Assembly (NCBI GenBank): GCA_964558375.1
Contig: CAZLCD010000002.1
Location: 1 to 58,859 of the forward strand
Origin: an uncultured Candidatus Saccharibacteria bacterium
GTDB lineage: Bacteria; Patescibacteriota; Minisyncoccia; Phycocordibacterales; PALSA-1337
Direction: 5' to 3'
DNA: 58,859 bases
Part shown: positions 33,642 through 43,892 of the stretch, piece after piece
How the letters are laid out: each line of letters starts with the position of its first letter
Position numbering within the stretch: position 1 is the first letter of the stretch
The notes under the pieces: model-generated
Database searches by the model: none
Seen by the model: the letters and a program-made list of their open reading frames with translations, nothing else
Told to the model about the DNA's origin: nothing
Program-made: the position numbers and the translations under genes

Positions 33642-34932
33642 ATGCAAAAGTAAGCCGCTTGACGGTCTCTTCCTTACCCAGAATTTCTGAGATGATAAAT
33701 GGGTCTGGAGACTTGTCTTTGCCTGACAGGGCATATCTCATAGGCCAGAGAACATACCCCTTCCCTTTCGCTTCGGCTAGTGGCCACACAGAAGCCTTGA
33801 CTGACTCTTTTGAAAAATCCGAAATTTTAGAAACGATATCAATTATTAACTTTAAATTTTCTTTTGTGGCACTTAGATCTTTTTCTTGTTTCCATTTTAA
33901 TGATTCCTTGTCATATATGGGAAGAGGTTTGATGAAAGAGAGTTCCCCATCAAGAAGAGAGGAGATCTCTTTGAAGAAACTAATCTTCTCTCTGACTAGG
34001 GGAAGAATTTTAATTAAAATTTCTTCTTGTATAAAGTTTTTGGCATGGAGGATAAAGTCCGCATCATTTAACTTCTCAAGATACTGCCTGTTTATCCAAT
34101 TTAATTTTTCAATATTAAAAACTGCTCCAGACTTTTGGATTTTGGAAATATCAAAAAGCTCTATGAGTTCGTCCATACTAAAGATCTCCTGCTCAGTGCC
34201 AGGGTTCCAACCCAGTAAAGCCAGGTAGTTCACTAGAGCCTCAGGTAAATATCCCATTTCTCTATAGGCTGTAACGCTGATAGCGCCGTGTCGCCCTGAA
34301 AGCTTACTCTTGTCTGGAGCCAAGATAAGTGGCACATGGGCGTATACAGGCTGCGGGGCACCTATGGCTTGCTGTATAAGTAGCTGTCTTGGGGTATTGG
34401 AAATACCATCTTCACCCCGGATAATGTGGGTAATACCCATTTCAAAATCATCGACCACTACAGCCAGATGGTACACCGGTTCCTCCAGACTTTTGGCTAT
34501 GACAAAGTCTTTTAGGTCAGTAGTATCGAAGGTTATCTCCCCTCTTATAAGATCTTTGAAGGTTAGAGTTTTGTTGGGGTTTTTGAAGCGTATCACCTCT
34601 TCCCTATCCCCTTCTTCTTTTGGTGTTTCTTTTGAAATATAAGCGAAGCCATCATCGATTAATTTCTTTAGATATTTTTGATAGACCACGGTTCTTTCAC
34701 TTTGTCTGTATGGCCCACTATCATGCTTTATACCAAGCCAAGTCAAACTTTCTACAATGTTATCCTCGAATTCTCTTTTGGAACGCTCCTTATCTGTATC
34801 CTCAATTCTAAAGACCATTTTGCCCTCATTTTGACGAGCAAAGAGAAAATTAAATAGAGCCGTTCTTGCACGTCCTATATGAAGAAAGCCTGTTGGACTT
34901 GGGGGGAATCTTGTGATGATTTTCTTATCCAT
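33628..34932 (-). CDS. gltX: Glutamyl-tRNA synthetase
   Basis: RFPPSPTGFLHIGRARTALFN (HIGH) and KLSGRHG (KMSKS-like). Start taken at MDKKIITRF. Confidence 0.9.
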   Translation of the reverse strand: MDKKIITRFPPSPTGFLHIGRARTALFNFLFARQNEGKMVFRIEDTDKERSKREFEDNIVESLTWLGIKHDSGPYRQSERTVVYQKYLKKLIDDGFAYISKETPKEEGDREEVIRFKNPNKTLTFKDLIRGEITFDTTDLKDFVIAKSLEEPVYHLAVVVDDFEMGITHIIRGEDGISNTPRQLLIQQAIGAPQPVYAHVPLILAPDKSKLSGRHGAISVTAYREMGYLPEALVNYLALLGWNPGTEQEIFSMDELIELFDISKIQKSGAVFNIEKLNWINRQYLEKLNDADFILHAKNFIQEEILIKILPLVREKISFFKEISSLLDGELSFIKPLPIYDKESLKWKQEKDLSATKENLKLIIDIVSKISDFSKESVKASVWPLAEAKGKGYVLWPMRYALSGKDKSPDPFIISEILGKEETVKRLTFAYESI

Positions 34933-35004
34933 ATTATTATTTCTGATTGGACTATTATAACACAAAAACGCCTTTCGGCGTCTTGTGAAGGAAGTATTTT
35001 TTAA

Positions 35005-35514
35005 TTATCCCTTAACTTCAGTAATAGTTGAACTAGCTCTGAAAAGCTTCATGATTGTCTGACCTACAGAATCCTTGATAGGAAGATCCTTTGTGATATC
35101 GAAGATCTTATCTCCATCATCAGAATGTAGTGCTGCGTAGTAGATACCTCCTTCCATAGTAGGAGTCTTCAATGTTACTTTGCCATTACTTATACCTTTG
35201 TCAAAATACATTGAACCGATGATATCTCCTGGCTTGCCGTCCTTGTCTTTGTGTATAACCACAAATCCTGGATTTGCTAGCTGAACTGTAGAAACGTAAA
35301 CGATATTTCCTGGGAACTGGTCAGTGATAACAACTCTGTTAACCTCCTTTGAGTCTGTCGCTGTTGTACCATCTGTGTTCATGGTTCCGTCTGTGTTTGG
35401 AGTCATTGCATCATTGCCCTTGAACATATAGTAACCAAGTACTATGAGCACGATAATAACAATAACGGTCACTGCCCACTGCCATGTCTTTACCCCACCT
35501 TGTTCGTCGTTCAT
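35005..35514 (-). CDS. Hypothetical membrane-anchored protein
   Basis: 169 aa with one TM segment. No recognised motif. Confidence 0.45.
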   Translation of the reverse strand: MNDEQGGVKTWQWAVTVIVIIVLIVLGYYMFKGNDAMTPNTDGTMNTDGTTATDSKEVNRVVITDQFPGNIVYVSTVQLANPGFVVIHKDKDGKPGDIIGSMYFDKGISNGKVTLKTPTMEGGIYYAALHSDDGDKIFDITKDLPIKDSVGQTIMKLFRASSTITEVKG

Positions 35515-35566
35515 ATTTTTTATAATTTATCTAATAAATGTTAATGCTGAGATTATACCATAGGAG

Positions 35567-36706
35567 CTATTCATGTTTCAAGGCAATTTCAAGTATAACA
35601 TTGGCAATTTTCTTGGCAGCGTCAATATGGCTAAATTCCTTGGCTCCTGTGATCATACGTTCACGAATATGCTGATTATTTATAACTCTGTCAATCTCGG
35701 AGATTAATATGTGAGAACTAAGATTATGTTCTTCTATCACTATGCAAGCCCCGTTTCTAGAGTATGAAAAAGCGTTTTTTGTCTGATCATGACTCACATT
35801 TTTCGACAAAGGAATGATTATTGAAGGTATACCCCATGCAGATATTTCAAAAATAGTTGATCCTGCTCTAGATACGACAATACTAGAAACTCCAGCAGAC
35901 ATTCTGATCGCCAAATCATTTAAATAATCAAAAGGATGGTATCGATAAGCATTTGCATTTCCTTTTAGAACAATGCCCGCAGTATCTTTTATCAAATTGA
36001 AATTGGCACGACCGGTCTGATGAATAACCTGATACTTATTGACCAATTCTCCTATACTATCTAGCACTACATCATTTATAAACTGCGAACCCTGAGAACC
36101 ACCCATGATAAGTATCACTGGAGTTTTCTCTTCAAGGTTAAGGAATTCATTGGCGCCATTGCTAAGTGGTTGAATAATTTCTTTTCGAATGGGATTGCCG
36201 GTAAAAGCCACACTGTTTGGATCTTTGTTGATCTTTCTAAAGTATTCGCCAGATTCTGGATATGAAACTGCGATTTTCTTTGCAAACTTACCTGCCCAAG
36301 CGTTAACCCTTCCCGGAGCGCTATCTGATTCATGGATGATTACAGGTATTCGAAAGATCTTTGCTGCCAAAACTACTGGAAAACTAGCATATCCTCCTTT
36401 GGAAAAAACAACATCCGGATAAAGGCTATAGACTTTAACAAGAGCATAGATCACTCCTGTAAGAGTTTTAAATAAATCTGTGAAGTTTAAAATCGAAAAG
36501 TATCGGCGTATCTTCCCAGCTGGTACATGGATAAATTCTATTTCACTATCGAAGAGCGCGCGAGGGTTGTACTTTGAAGGAGCCATGTAATAGAGCTTGG
36601 GTGGTAAAATTTTATTTTCTCTGGCATTGTCATATAGAGCCTGAGCAACGGCAATGATTGGATAAAAGTGTCCCCCTGTACCTCCTCCTGTAAAAAGTAT
36701 TTTCAT
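35567..36706 (-). CDS. murG: Undecaprenyldiphospho-muramoylpentapeptide beta-N-acetylglucosaminyltransferase MurG
   Basis: MKILFTGGGTGGHFYPIIAVA and the C-terminal VSRAGSTIFEISAWGIPSIIIP. Confidence 0.9.
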   Translation of the reverse strand: MKILFTGGGTGGHFYPIIAVAQALYDNARENKILPPKLYYMAPSKYNPRALFDSEIEFIHVPAGKIRRYFSILNFTDLFKTLTGVIYALVKVYSLYPDVVFSKGGYASFPVVLAAKIFRIPVIIHESDSAPGRVNAWAGKFAKKIAVSYPESGEYFRKINKDPNSVAFTGNPIRKEIIQPLSNGANEFLNLEEKTPVILIMGGSQGSQFINDVVLDSIGELVNKYQVIHQTGRANFNLIKDTAGIVLKGNANAYRYHPFDYLNDLAIRMSAGVSSIVVSRAGSTIFEISAWGIPSIIIPLSKNVSHDQTKNAFSYSRNGACIVIEEHNLSSHILISEIDRVINNQHIRERMITGAKEFSHIDAAKKIANVILEIALKHE

Positions 36707-36739
36707 CTGTTTTGTTTTATGATTATTTTATATTTTATG

Positions 36740-37831
36740 CTATTTTTGATATTTGGAAATATTTGCAATGATTCCTGTGGCAGCCAAGGTAATAATAAGT
36801 GCTGTGCCTCCATGACTCACAAAAAGCAAAGGCATACCGGACAATGGTATGAGACCTAGCATTGAAGATATGTTCATAAACGATTCTACAATGATAAGTA
36901 TAGCAATTCCTATTGCTACAAGTCCACCAAAGCTATCGACAGACATGGAAGCGATTTTAATTGACCTAATAAAAAATAATAGGAATAATATAATCAAAAC
37001 AACACTCCCTATAAAACCGAACTCCTCTGCAGTCACAGCAAAAATCGAATCTCCTATCGGTTCTGGTAAATAATTAAATTTCTGAACACTTTGACCAAAT
37101 CCTCTACCAGTTATCTGTCCTGAACCTATGGCAATAAGCGATTGTTGTATCTGGTAACTTGAACCTTGAGAATTGCCGCTGCTATTTATAAATGTCATTA
37201 TTCTCTGCTTTGCATAAGGTCGTACAGAGATCACAATACCGAGAGCAAGAATCATAAGTAAACATAAACCGGCAATATGCTTTACCTTTGCTCCAGCGAT
37301 CATAAGCATGATCAGTCCCGTACCTGCTATCACAACCAAAGTATCCGTATCAGATTGAAACAAAAGTAAAGTACCTAGAATACCGATAATTACTATATAA
37401 GGAACAATGCCGTATTTTAATGTACCAACCTTGTCTTTAATACCAGATAACCACGCGCCGAAATATATAATAAAAGCGATTTTGAGAAATTCGGAAGGTT
37501 GAAATGTTATAAATTTTAAATCAATCCACCTCGACGCGCCTCCATGATCCAGAGAAAGAAACGGTATAAATAATAGGAGATTAATAAAAATAGATCCTAG
37601 TAAAATATATAAAGCGTTTTTTCTTAAAATTTTGTAGTGAACTTTGGACATTACAATAAAAGCAATGATACCGAGAACAAGCCCGATACTTTGCTTTGAG
37701 GCCACGGACTGAAAACTCGCTCCATCTCGAGCAAGTAAACCCAAAGAAGCCGATGAAAAAACGAAAAAACCAGTAAAGGCCAGTAAAATTACACATATTA
37801 AAAACAATTTGTCAGTTTTGCGATCCTTCAT
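36740..37831 (-). CDS. ftsW: SEDS-family peptidoglycan polymerase FtsW/RodA
   Basis: Ten-TM profile, FQPSEFLKIA and LPLSGMPLLFVSHGGTALI. It lies adjacent to murG. Confidence 0.8.
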   Translation of the reverse strand: MKDRKTDKLFLICVILLAFTGFFVFSSASLGLLARDGASFQSVASKQSIGLVLGIIAFIVMSKVHYKILRKNALYILLGSIFINLLLFIPFLSLDHGGASRWIDLKFITFQPSEFLKIAFIIYFGAWLSGIKDKVGTLKYGIVPYIVIIGILGTLLLFQSDTDTLVVIAGTGLIMLMIAGAKVKHIAGLCLLMILALGIVISVRPYAKQRIMTFINSSGNSQGSSYQIQQSLIAIGSGQITGRGFGQSVQKFNYLPEPIGDSIFAVTAEEFGFIGSVVLIILFLLFFIRSIKIASMSVDSFGGLVAIGIAILIIVESFMNISSMLGLIPLSGMPLLFVSHGGTALIITLAATGIIANISKYQK

Positions 37832-38354
37832 TTTTAAAATTTTCTATATCTTTCCTTACAGACTCGTATTCTGGTATATCGGATACTTTGGACAAGCCCA
37901 GATGAGAAACAAAATCCATCGATACTTGATAAAGGAAACCTCTTTGATCATTTTGATTCTCTGTCCTTTCGATAAGGCCTCGCACCAGCAAATTGCGAAG
38001 TATGGATTGAGAATTGACACCTCTTATATAGTCTATCTCCGCCCTACTTAAAGGACCTTTATAGAGAATGATCGACAGGGTTTCGAGTCCAGCTTTACCC
38101 AAATCTCGATCGAGTTCTTCTTTCGTAAGAGACTCGATAATCGCGGAACATTCTTTGTTTGTAGCAAGCGATACTTCTTCATTTACTTCTATTAGTGAGA
38201 GCCCTCGGCCTTCTAGTGACTTTTCTAAATCCTTCAAAGCTAGTTTGATTTCTGCTTGATCTTTATTCAAAATATTTGCCAATTTCTTAATAGCCACCGC
38301 TTCGGCTTTATAGAAAAGTATAGCTTCGATCTGCGCTTCTAGTTTTATTGTCAT
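37812..38354 (-). CDS. scpB: Segregation and condensation protein B
   Basis: IEAILFYKAEAVAIKKLA and the winged-helix repeat pattern. It lies downstream of scpA. Confidence 0.8.
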   Translation of the reverse strand: MTIKLEAQIEAILFYKAEAVAIKKLANILNKDQAEIKLALKDLEKSLEGRGLSLIEVNEEVSLATNKECSAIIESLTKEELDRDLGKAGLETLSIILYKGPLSRAEIDYIRGVNSQSILRNLLVRGLIERTENQNDQRGFLYQVSMDFVSHLGLSKVSDIPEYESVRKDIENFKNEGSQN

Positions 38355-38366
38355 AATATAATTTTA

Positions 38367-39104
38367 TTATAACATGTCATACCTCGGTACCCCGATATTT
38401 TTGGTTTCCATATCGATTTCTCCGAAATTTTCTCCTTGAGACACATGTATACTTCCCTGCTTCACAAGCTCAAGCATAGCCAAGAAACTTACAATAATAT
38501 TTATTCTGTCGTTTTTGTGTGCCTCTGAGAATTCACTGAACTTCATACGCAATCCCTGAGTAACTCTTTTGGTCAAAGAATCTATCATCTCCTCAAGACT
38601 TATAACTTTTTTTATAACAGCTTTTGGGACCGCATCTTTTTTTGGTAAAGACTTGATCACATCTTTAATGGCTTGAGCCAAAGAGACTATATTCATCGAT
38701 TTTTGTGGTGCAAAGACAGGAGCGATCGCTCGTGATTGGCTTTGAGCAAACATTATCTTGTCCCCAAATAAATTTTTTATATTTCCGCTTGAATCCTTCA
38801 GTCTCTGATAAATTTTCAGACGAGTTTGCAGATCGCTTATACCACCCTCCTCTTCTTCGGTCAGATTTAGATTTGGTAAAAGTGACTTTGACTTTATAAG
38901 AAGCAAGGTAGAGGCTATGAGTATGAATTGCGCAGAATCAGCTATCGGTATATTCTCAAAACTTTTTAAATGTAAAATAAAATCATCGGTCACCTTGGAA
39001 AGACTAATATCATTTATAAAAAGTTTTCTTTTTTCTATAAGGGACAACAATAGGTCTAGTGGACCTTCAAAAACTGGGGTTTTGATGGAGAATGCAGAGG
39101 GCAT
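38367..39104 (-). CDS. scpA: Segregation and condensation protein A
   Basis: FEGPLDLLLSLIEKRKLFINDISL is the canonical ScpA N-terminus. Confidence 0.85.
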   Translation of the reverse strand: MPSAFSIKTPVFEGPLDLLLSLIEKRKLFINDISLSKVTDDFILHLKSFENIPIADSAQFILIASTLLLIKSKSLLPNLNLTEEEEGGISDLQTRLKIYQRLKDSSGNIKNLFGDKIMFAQSQSRAIAPVFAPQKSMNIVSLAQAIKDVIKSLPKKDAVPKAVIKKVISLEEMIDSLTKRVTQGLRMKFSEFSEAHKNDRINIIVSFLAMLELVKQGSIHVSQGENFGEIDMETKNIGVPRYDML

Positions 39105-39157
39105 TTACATATTGTATCAGAGATTAAACAAAAAAAGCACCGAAGTGCTCTTTAAAT

Positions 39158-40558
39158 TTACTTCTTCACAGTAACCTCTATCCCCAACTCCTTAAGTTGC
39201 TTGTCTGTAACCTTCCCTGGAGCGCCCATCATTGGATCTTTTCCTTCACCTGTTTTTGCAAAAGCGATCACTTCACGGATGTTAGGTTCATTTTGTAATA
39301 TCATAATTAGACGATCAAAACCCCATGCCATACCTCCATGTGGTGGTGTGCCAGAACCTAGAGCCTTGATAATGTGTCCAAAATTATTTTCTATTCTCTC
39401 GTCAGAATAACCCATGATTTTGAAAACAGATTTTAATGCTTCTGGATTGTGATTTCTAATACTTCCCCCTCCTATTTCTGATCCATTTAATACTAGATCG
39501 TATTGAGTTGTTATAATATTTTCAATATTTTTCTGTTCCATGAGATCATTCATGAATTCTGGTTTTGGAGAGGAGAAAGGATTGTGACTAAATGTCCAGC
39601 CTTTTGTTTCTTCATCTTTTTCAAAAAATGGGAAGTCGACTACCCAGAGGAAAGCAAGTTCATTTGGATTATTTTTGTCTTTTCTTAGATCTGGCTTATC
39701 TACTCCGTACTTTTCCATAGCCTCTTTGTAGGTCATCACAGGTATAGGTGTTGTCTGAATTTCTTTTTCTGGATATAGAGTTTTTACAATATCTAGAATG
39801 ATATTCTCATTCATAGCCATAACATCTTTTTGTTTTACAAAACTCATTTCCATGTCGAGCTGAGTAAACTCTGGTTGTCGATCCCCTCTTGTATCTTCAT
39901 CTCTCATACATCTAGCGAACTGAAAGTATTTTTCGAAACCAGAAGACATGAGGAGTTGTTTGTATTGTTGTGGTGACTGGGGTAATGAATAGAAACTTCC
40001 TCTTTCAAGACGAGAAGGTACTATAAAGTCTCTTGATCCTTCTGGAGTTGTAGCTGAGAGCAAAGGAGTTTCAACCTCAATAAAGCCTTCTTTTGAAAAG
40101 AAATTTCTTACATGCTGCAAAACTTTATGTCTATTGATAATATTTTTCTGCAATCGTGGTCTTCGAAGATCTTGATAACGGTATTTGAGTCTAACTTCTT
40201 CATTTATTTCAAGTCCACTATCATGTATGTCTATAGCTGGAGTTTCTGCTTGGTTGAGAACCTCTATCCCCAATATCTCGAGCTCTATATCTCCATTAAC
40301 CTTATCCTTCTGAATATTTTTCTCTGGTCTTGTATTCACTTTACCTTTAACCTTGACTACCCATTCTGAGCGCAGGGTAGAGCCCACAGCATGAGCCTCT
40401 TTGGCATTTGGTAAAATCACTCCCTGCACCTTGCCGGTTACATCTCTGAAGTCAAAGAAAATAAGCTTACCCTGATCACGGCGAGTATCCACCCAACCTG
40501 AAATACTTACTTCTTGACCTGAATGCTCCTTCAGATCTTTTATATATGTTCTTTCCAT
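39158..40558 (-). CDS. aspS: Aspartyl-tRNA synthetase, short form without the large bacterial insertion domain
   Basis: OB-fold N-domain, motif 2 CMRDEDTRGDRQPEFTQLDME and motif 3 GGMAWGFDRL. 466 aa. Confidence 0.9.
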   Translation of the reverse strand: MERTYIKDLKEHSGQEVSISGWVDTRRDQGKLIFFDFRDVTGKVQGVILPNAKEAHAVGSTLRSEWVVKVKGKVNTRPEKNIQKDKVNGDIELEILGIEVLNQAETPAIDIHDSGLEINEEVRLKYRYQDLRRPRLQKNIINRHKVLQHVRNFFSKEGFIEVETPLLSATTPEGSRDFIVPSRLERGSFYSLPQSPQQYKQLLMSSGFEKYFQFARCMRDEDTRGDRQPEFTQLDMEMSFVKQKDVMAMNENIILDIVKTLYPEKEIQTTPIPVMTYKEAMEKYGVDKPDLRKDKNNPNELAFLWVVDFPFFEKDEETKGWTFSHNPFSSPKPEFMNDLMEQKNIENIITTQYDLVLNGSEIGGGSIRNHNPEALKSVFKIMGYSDERIENNFGHIIKALGSGTPPHGGMAWGFDRLIMILQNEPNIREVIAFAKTGEGKDPMMGAPGKVTDKQLKELGIEVTVKK

Positions 40559-40570
40559 GGGAACATCATA

Positions 40571-40798
40571 CTATATTTCGAACTCCTCTTCAAATTCGCA
40601 GCAATGTTCACGACTAACCTTGATAGGCACTGGATGATATGACTTCAGCTCAGAAATATCTGCTCTTGTTTCATCTATATCTTCTTGCATATGTATAAGG
40701 TCGATCTTCACCTCTTGAAAACTAGAGTTGGTAATGTCTACCTTTTTATCAATTCTTGCCAAAGCACCTAATACAAAATTATATTGTTCATTACTCAT
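40571..40798 (-). CDS. Hypothetical small protein
   Basis: A 75-aa ORF with no recognised motif. Confidence 0.4.
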   Translation of the reverse strand: MSNEQYNFVLGALARIDKKVDITNSSFQEVKIDLIHMQEDIDETRADISELKSYHPVPIKVSREHCCEFEEEFEI

Positions 40799-40885
40799 AT
40801 TTTTTAATTATTAAATAATAATAAAAAAATTATACGGTAACGGTATTAAGAAAAGATAAAGGAAAAATAAAGATTTGATAAAGAT

Positions 40886-41830
40886 TTAGAGCACACCGAT
40901 ATTTCGCTTCACCGTCAATAGTTTACTCTCGGCAATTTCTCGAGCTTTTGCAGCGCCATCATTTAGAATTTTATTGACATGGTCTATATTCTTAGCAATC
41001 TCCTCTCTTTTTTCTCGTAAAGGCTTTATGAAAGCGTCCAAATCTTCTATTAAAAGCTCCTTGAGAACTTTATACTTGCCTTTATTTGTTTCGTAAATCT
41101 CAGCTATTTCTTTCTCTGATCTTAGAAGTTTGTGAATATTATAAACATTTGTAGGTACATCTCCACTAGAATCTGTCACTATACTCATTACAGACTTGAT
41201 TATCTCTTCTCTTGTCGAGAAAAGTCCTATGGTATTGCCATAACTTTTGGACATTTTGCGACCATCAACCCCAGGAACTACAGCTACCTCTTTCATAATA
41301 AGCACATCTGGAAGCTTGAAGGTTTCTGCGAAGGTATTGTTGAACTTCTGAGCGGTGTCTCTTGTATACTCTACATGCTGTTTTTGGTCTTGCCCTACTG
41401 GTACTATGTCGGTATCGTAAAGCAAAATATCTGCCGCCATAAGCATAGGATAATTGAAGGTTCCTACCGTGATCTCTTTATCCCGAGCTTCTGCATCCTT
41501 GAAGGCATGAGCGCGCATAAGGTATGGCATGGTGGTGATGGTGTCAAAAATCCAAGTAAGCTCGGTATGAGCTGGGACATCGCTTTGTTTAAAAATAATC
41601 GCTTTTTCTGGATCAAGACCGATGGCTATATAGTCTATAGCTAGGTTTAAAATATTATTTCGCATCTCTTCGGCATTCTGGATAAAATTTAAAGCATGAT
41701 AGTCAGCCAACATGAATCTACAATCGTATTGTGACTGTAGATCTGTCCACTGCTTCATCGCCCCAAAATAATTGCCGATATGAGGTATACCTGTAGGCTT
41801 AACTCCTGAAAGCAAAATTTTCTTGTTCAT
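40886..41830 (-). CDS. trpS: Tryptophanyl-tRNA synthetase
   Basis: GVKPTGIPHIGNYFGA (HIGH), GQDQKQH and KMSKS. Confidence 0.9.
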   Translation of the reverse strand: MNKKILLSGVKPTGIPHIGNYFGAMKQWTDLQSQYDCRFMLADYHALNFIQNAEEMRNNILNLAIDYIAIGLDPEKAIIFKQSDVPAHTELTWIFDTITTMPYLMRAHAFKDAEARDKEITVGTFNYPMLMAADILLYDTDIVPVGQDQKQHVEYTRDTAQKFNNTFAETFKLPDVLIMKEVAVVPGVDGRKMSKSYGNTIGLFSTREEIIKSVMSIVTDSSGDVPTNVYNIHKLLRSEKEIAEIYETNKGKYKVLKELLIEDLDAFIKPLREKREEIAKNIDHVNKILNDGAAKAREIAESKLLTVKRNIGVL

Positions 41831-41846
41831 AAATATAATACTACCA

Positions 41847-42722
41847 CTAAATCCCCTCTTTTTTAAGTTCTTCTATTAGTTTCTGTGCAGATTTGGAAAT
41901 CTTTTTTGGAATATTGACCTTGGTGACTATAAGTAGATCTCCCCTTCTTCCTCTTTCATCTGGAACACCTTTCTGTCTTACTCGTAGTATTTCATTGTGA
42001 GTGGTGCCAGCTGGGATCTTTAATTCTATTTTGCCATCCAAGGTTTCAAGATCTATACTCGCACCCAAAATCGCTGTGGTTAATTTTAAATCGAGCTCCA
42101 TAATGAGATTGTATCCTTCTTTTCGAAAAACTGGATCTTCTTTTACCCATACACGGACTATAAGATCACCTCTGCCACCAGGCCCTTCCTCTCCCTTTCC
42201 ACTTACTCTTAAGCCTTGGCCATTTTCGATTCCTGATGGAATAGTGACTACGATCTTTTCTTTATTTATATGTAATTCTTTTTCAATTCCAAAAACTGAT
42301 TCTTTGAAACTAAGTTCTATATCTGCTGTGATATTTTTACCCTTACGTGGTCTGCGTCCTTGTGCACCACCGAAAAATTCTCCAAATATATCTCCAAGGT
42401 CGAATTCGAAACTCTGTCCACCTTGTCCCTGTGCTTGTCTCGCGAATCCAGAAAAATCAAAACCTCCGAAACCTTGTTGGGCATTAAACCCTCCTTGATT
42501 TGGATTGAAACCACTTGGTCCTGCAGATCCAAATGTATCGTATTGTTGCCTTTTTTGATCATCTGACAGAGTAGTATAGGCTTCGTTTATCTCTTTAAAC
42601 TTAGTATCCTCGCCTTTATTCTTGTCTGGATGATGTTCATGAGCGAGCTTCCTAAAAGCCTTTTTTATATCATCTTTCGAAGCGTTCTTGTCTACACCTA
42701 ATGTCTTGTAATAGTCTTTCAT
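41847..42722 (-). CDS. DnaJ-class chaperone without zinc-finger domain (CbpA-like)
   Basis: J domain DYYKTLGV...HPDKN, a G/F-rich linker and a C-terminal substrate-binding domain. No CxxCxGxG repeats are present. Confidence 0.8.
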   Translation of the reverse strand: MKDYYKTLGVDKNASKDDIKKAFRKLAHEHHPDKNKGEDTKFKEINEAYTTLSDDQKRQQYDTFGSAGPSGFNPNQGGFNAQQGFGGFDFSGFARQAQGQGGQSFEFDLGDIFGEFFGGAQGRRPRKGKNITADIELSFKESVFGIEKELHINKEKIVVTIPSGIENGQGLRVSGKGEEGPGGRGDLIVRVWVKEDPVFRKEGYNLIMELDLKLTTAILGASIDLETLDGKIELKIPAGTTHNEILRVRQKGVPDERGRRGDLLIVTKVNIPKKISKSAQKLIEELKKEGI

Positions 42723-42805
42723 ATTGAGTTATACAATCTTAACTAATCTTATATAAATAGACAAGGTAGGTTGCATTTATGTTGGAGTTGGGGTAGATTA
42801 ATAGT

Positions 42806-42965
42806 GGTATCAGTTCGTTTTCTTCAGCGGCGTTCTCCACGTCCATTCCTTGGCGTCTGGTACCTATTGTTGAGTTAGTAAACTAGGTATTAATTTCTGG
42901 CATTCCTCGGTCATTAGTACCCTAGTTTCCCTGTCGTTTGTGCCCATGACGACAGGGTTTTTTTA
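42806..42965 (+). ncRNA. Candidate small RNA or short transcript of unknown identity
   Basis: A promoter-like TTGCAT-17-TAGATT lies at 42771-42799. Stem GGTATCAG/CTGGTACC is at 42806-42813 and 42857-42864. Stem AACTAGGTA/TACCCTAGTT follows. A strong + strand terminator CCCTGTCGT...ACGACAGGG + T7 lies at about 42929-42966. The interval has no credible ORF. Confidence 0.3.
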
Positions 42966-43003
42966 TATAAAAATCGACCCCTCGTATTTGAGAGGCCTTC
43001 GAT

Positions 43004-43246
43004 TTACTGGGAGGAGGGTTTTTCGATTATAGTTACCTTATGTCTGGTTGCATCAATAATTTTACCCTTTATTTTAAAATAAGCAGTCACGTTATGGGTT
43101 ATCTTACTGGGTTTATTATCTATTCCAGGAAGAAGAATTCGAACAATCTTTCTGTTTGGAATTTTCCGGATCCGTATTTTTCCTGATTTTTTCTTGGATG
43201 CCATAGGTTTTTTACAAGAGCGGGTTGATTTGACTGGTAAAACCAT
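43004..43246 (-). CDS. Hypothetical small basic protein
   Basis: An 80-aa Lys/Arg-rich ORF with a minus-strand hairpin downstream. Confidence 0.4.
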   Translation of the reverse strand: MVLPVKSTRSCKKPMASKKKSGKIRIRKIPNRKIVRILLPGIDNKPSKITHNVTAYFKIKGKIIDATRHKVTIIEKPSSQ

Positions 43247-43279
43247 ACCATAATAGATTATCTGTGTCCATTTTATTTA

Positions 43280-43300
43280 TGGCACTCGAGGAGATTCGAA
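43280..43300 (-). repeat. Displaced copy of the tRNA-Ala 3' end, marking the far boundary of the tRNA-Ala island
   Basis: The minus strand reads TTCGAATCTCCTCGAGTGCCA, against TTCGAATCTCCTCGAGTCCA in the tRNA-Ala T-loop and acceptor strand. The difference is one extra G. Confidence 0.75.
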
Positions 43301-43352
43301 TAAATTAAGATCTATGAGGGTATTATATACTGAATCAAAGATCTTGGTCTTG

Positions 43353-43799
43353 TCAGAAGATAAACTTGAAATACTTATCGAACCAAGCGACAAATGACCC
43401 AGTTGTAGAATTATCAGCATTGCCACTTTGTATGGATACTAAATATTTCCCTTTTGTGTAAATATATTGGTTGGAATCCTGAAGGTAACTAACGTATTTT
43501 TTATTGATAACTATCTTTCCTGGATTATGGTCATTAATCCAATCTTCCTCAGCTTTTTGTGCTTCAATCTCATTTTCAAATGTAGCAATGTCGGCAAAAA
43601 AAGAGAAATCATTTTTAGTGTACCTCTGCGATCTTTCCGCTACTGGCTGGTTTACATTGTTTTTCCAATGCCAATCCGGTGGACTTAAACGACTATCTAA
43701 TGTCATTGTGTAAAGTTTGGATCCAGAAAAGCTTTCGTAAGCAAAATACCCTCCAACAACCAAAAGAATAACGACTACTAAGATTAATATTTTTTTCAT
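43353..43799 (-). CDS. Hypothetical exported or membrane-anchored protein
   Basis: 148 aa with an N-terminal hydrophobic segment. Confidence 0.45.
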   Translation of the reverse strand: MKKILILVVVILLVVGGYFAYESFSGSKLYTMTLDSRLSPPDWHWKNNVNQPVAERSQRYTKNDFSFFADIATFENEIEAQKAEEDWINDHNPGKIVINKKYVSYLQDSNQYIYTKGKYLVSIQSGNADNSTTGSFVAWFDKYFKFIF

Positions 43800-43892
43800 A
43801 CAAAAATTATAGCATTGATTTTATTTATATAAAAACGAAACCCCTCCAACATTCGTTGAGGGGTCATGCTCTTTTTGTGTAAGAAGAGTTAC

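Noticed and set aside
42806-42965. Assigning the orphan transcript as SRP RNA, 6S RNA or tmRNA
   Set aside because: I could not find the SRP domain IV consensus (GGAA tetraloop with flanking AGCA/GGAAG elements), a tmRNA tag frame with a tRNA-like end, or a 6S-type long bulged helix on either strand. I kept it only as an unidentified candidate.
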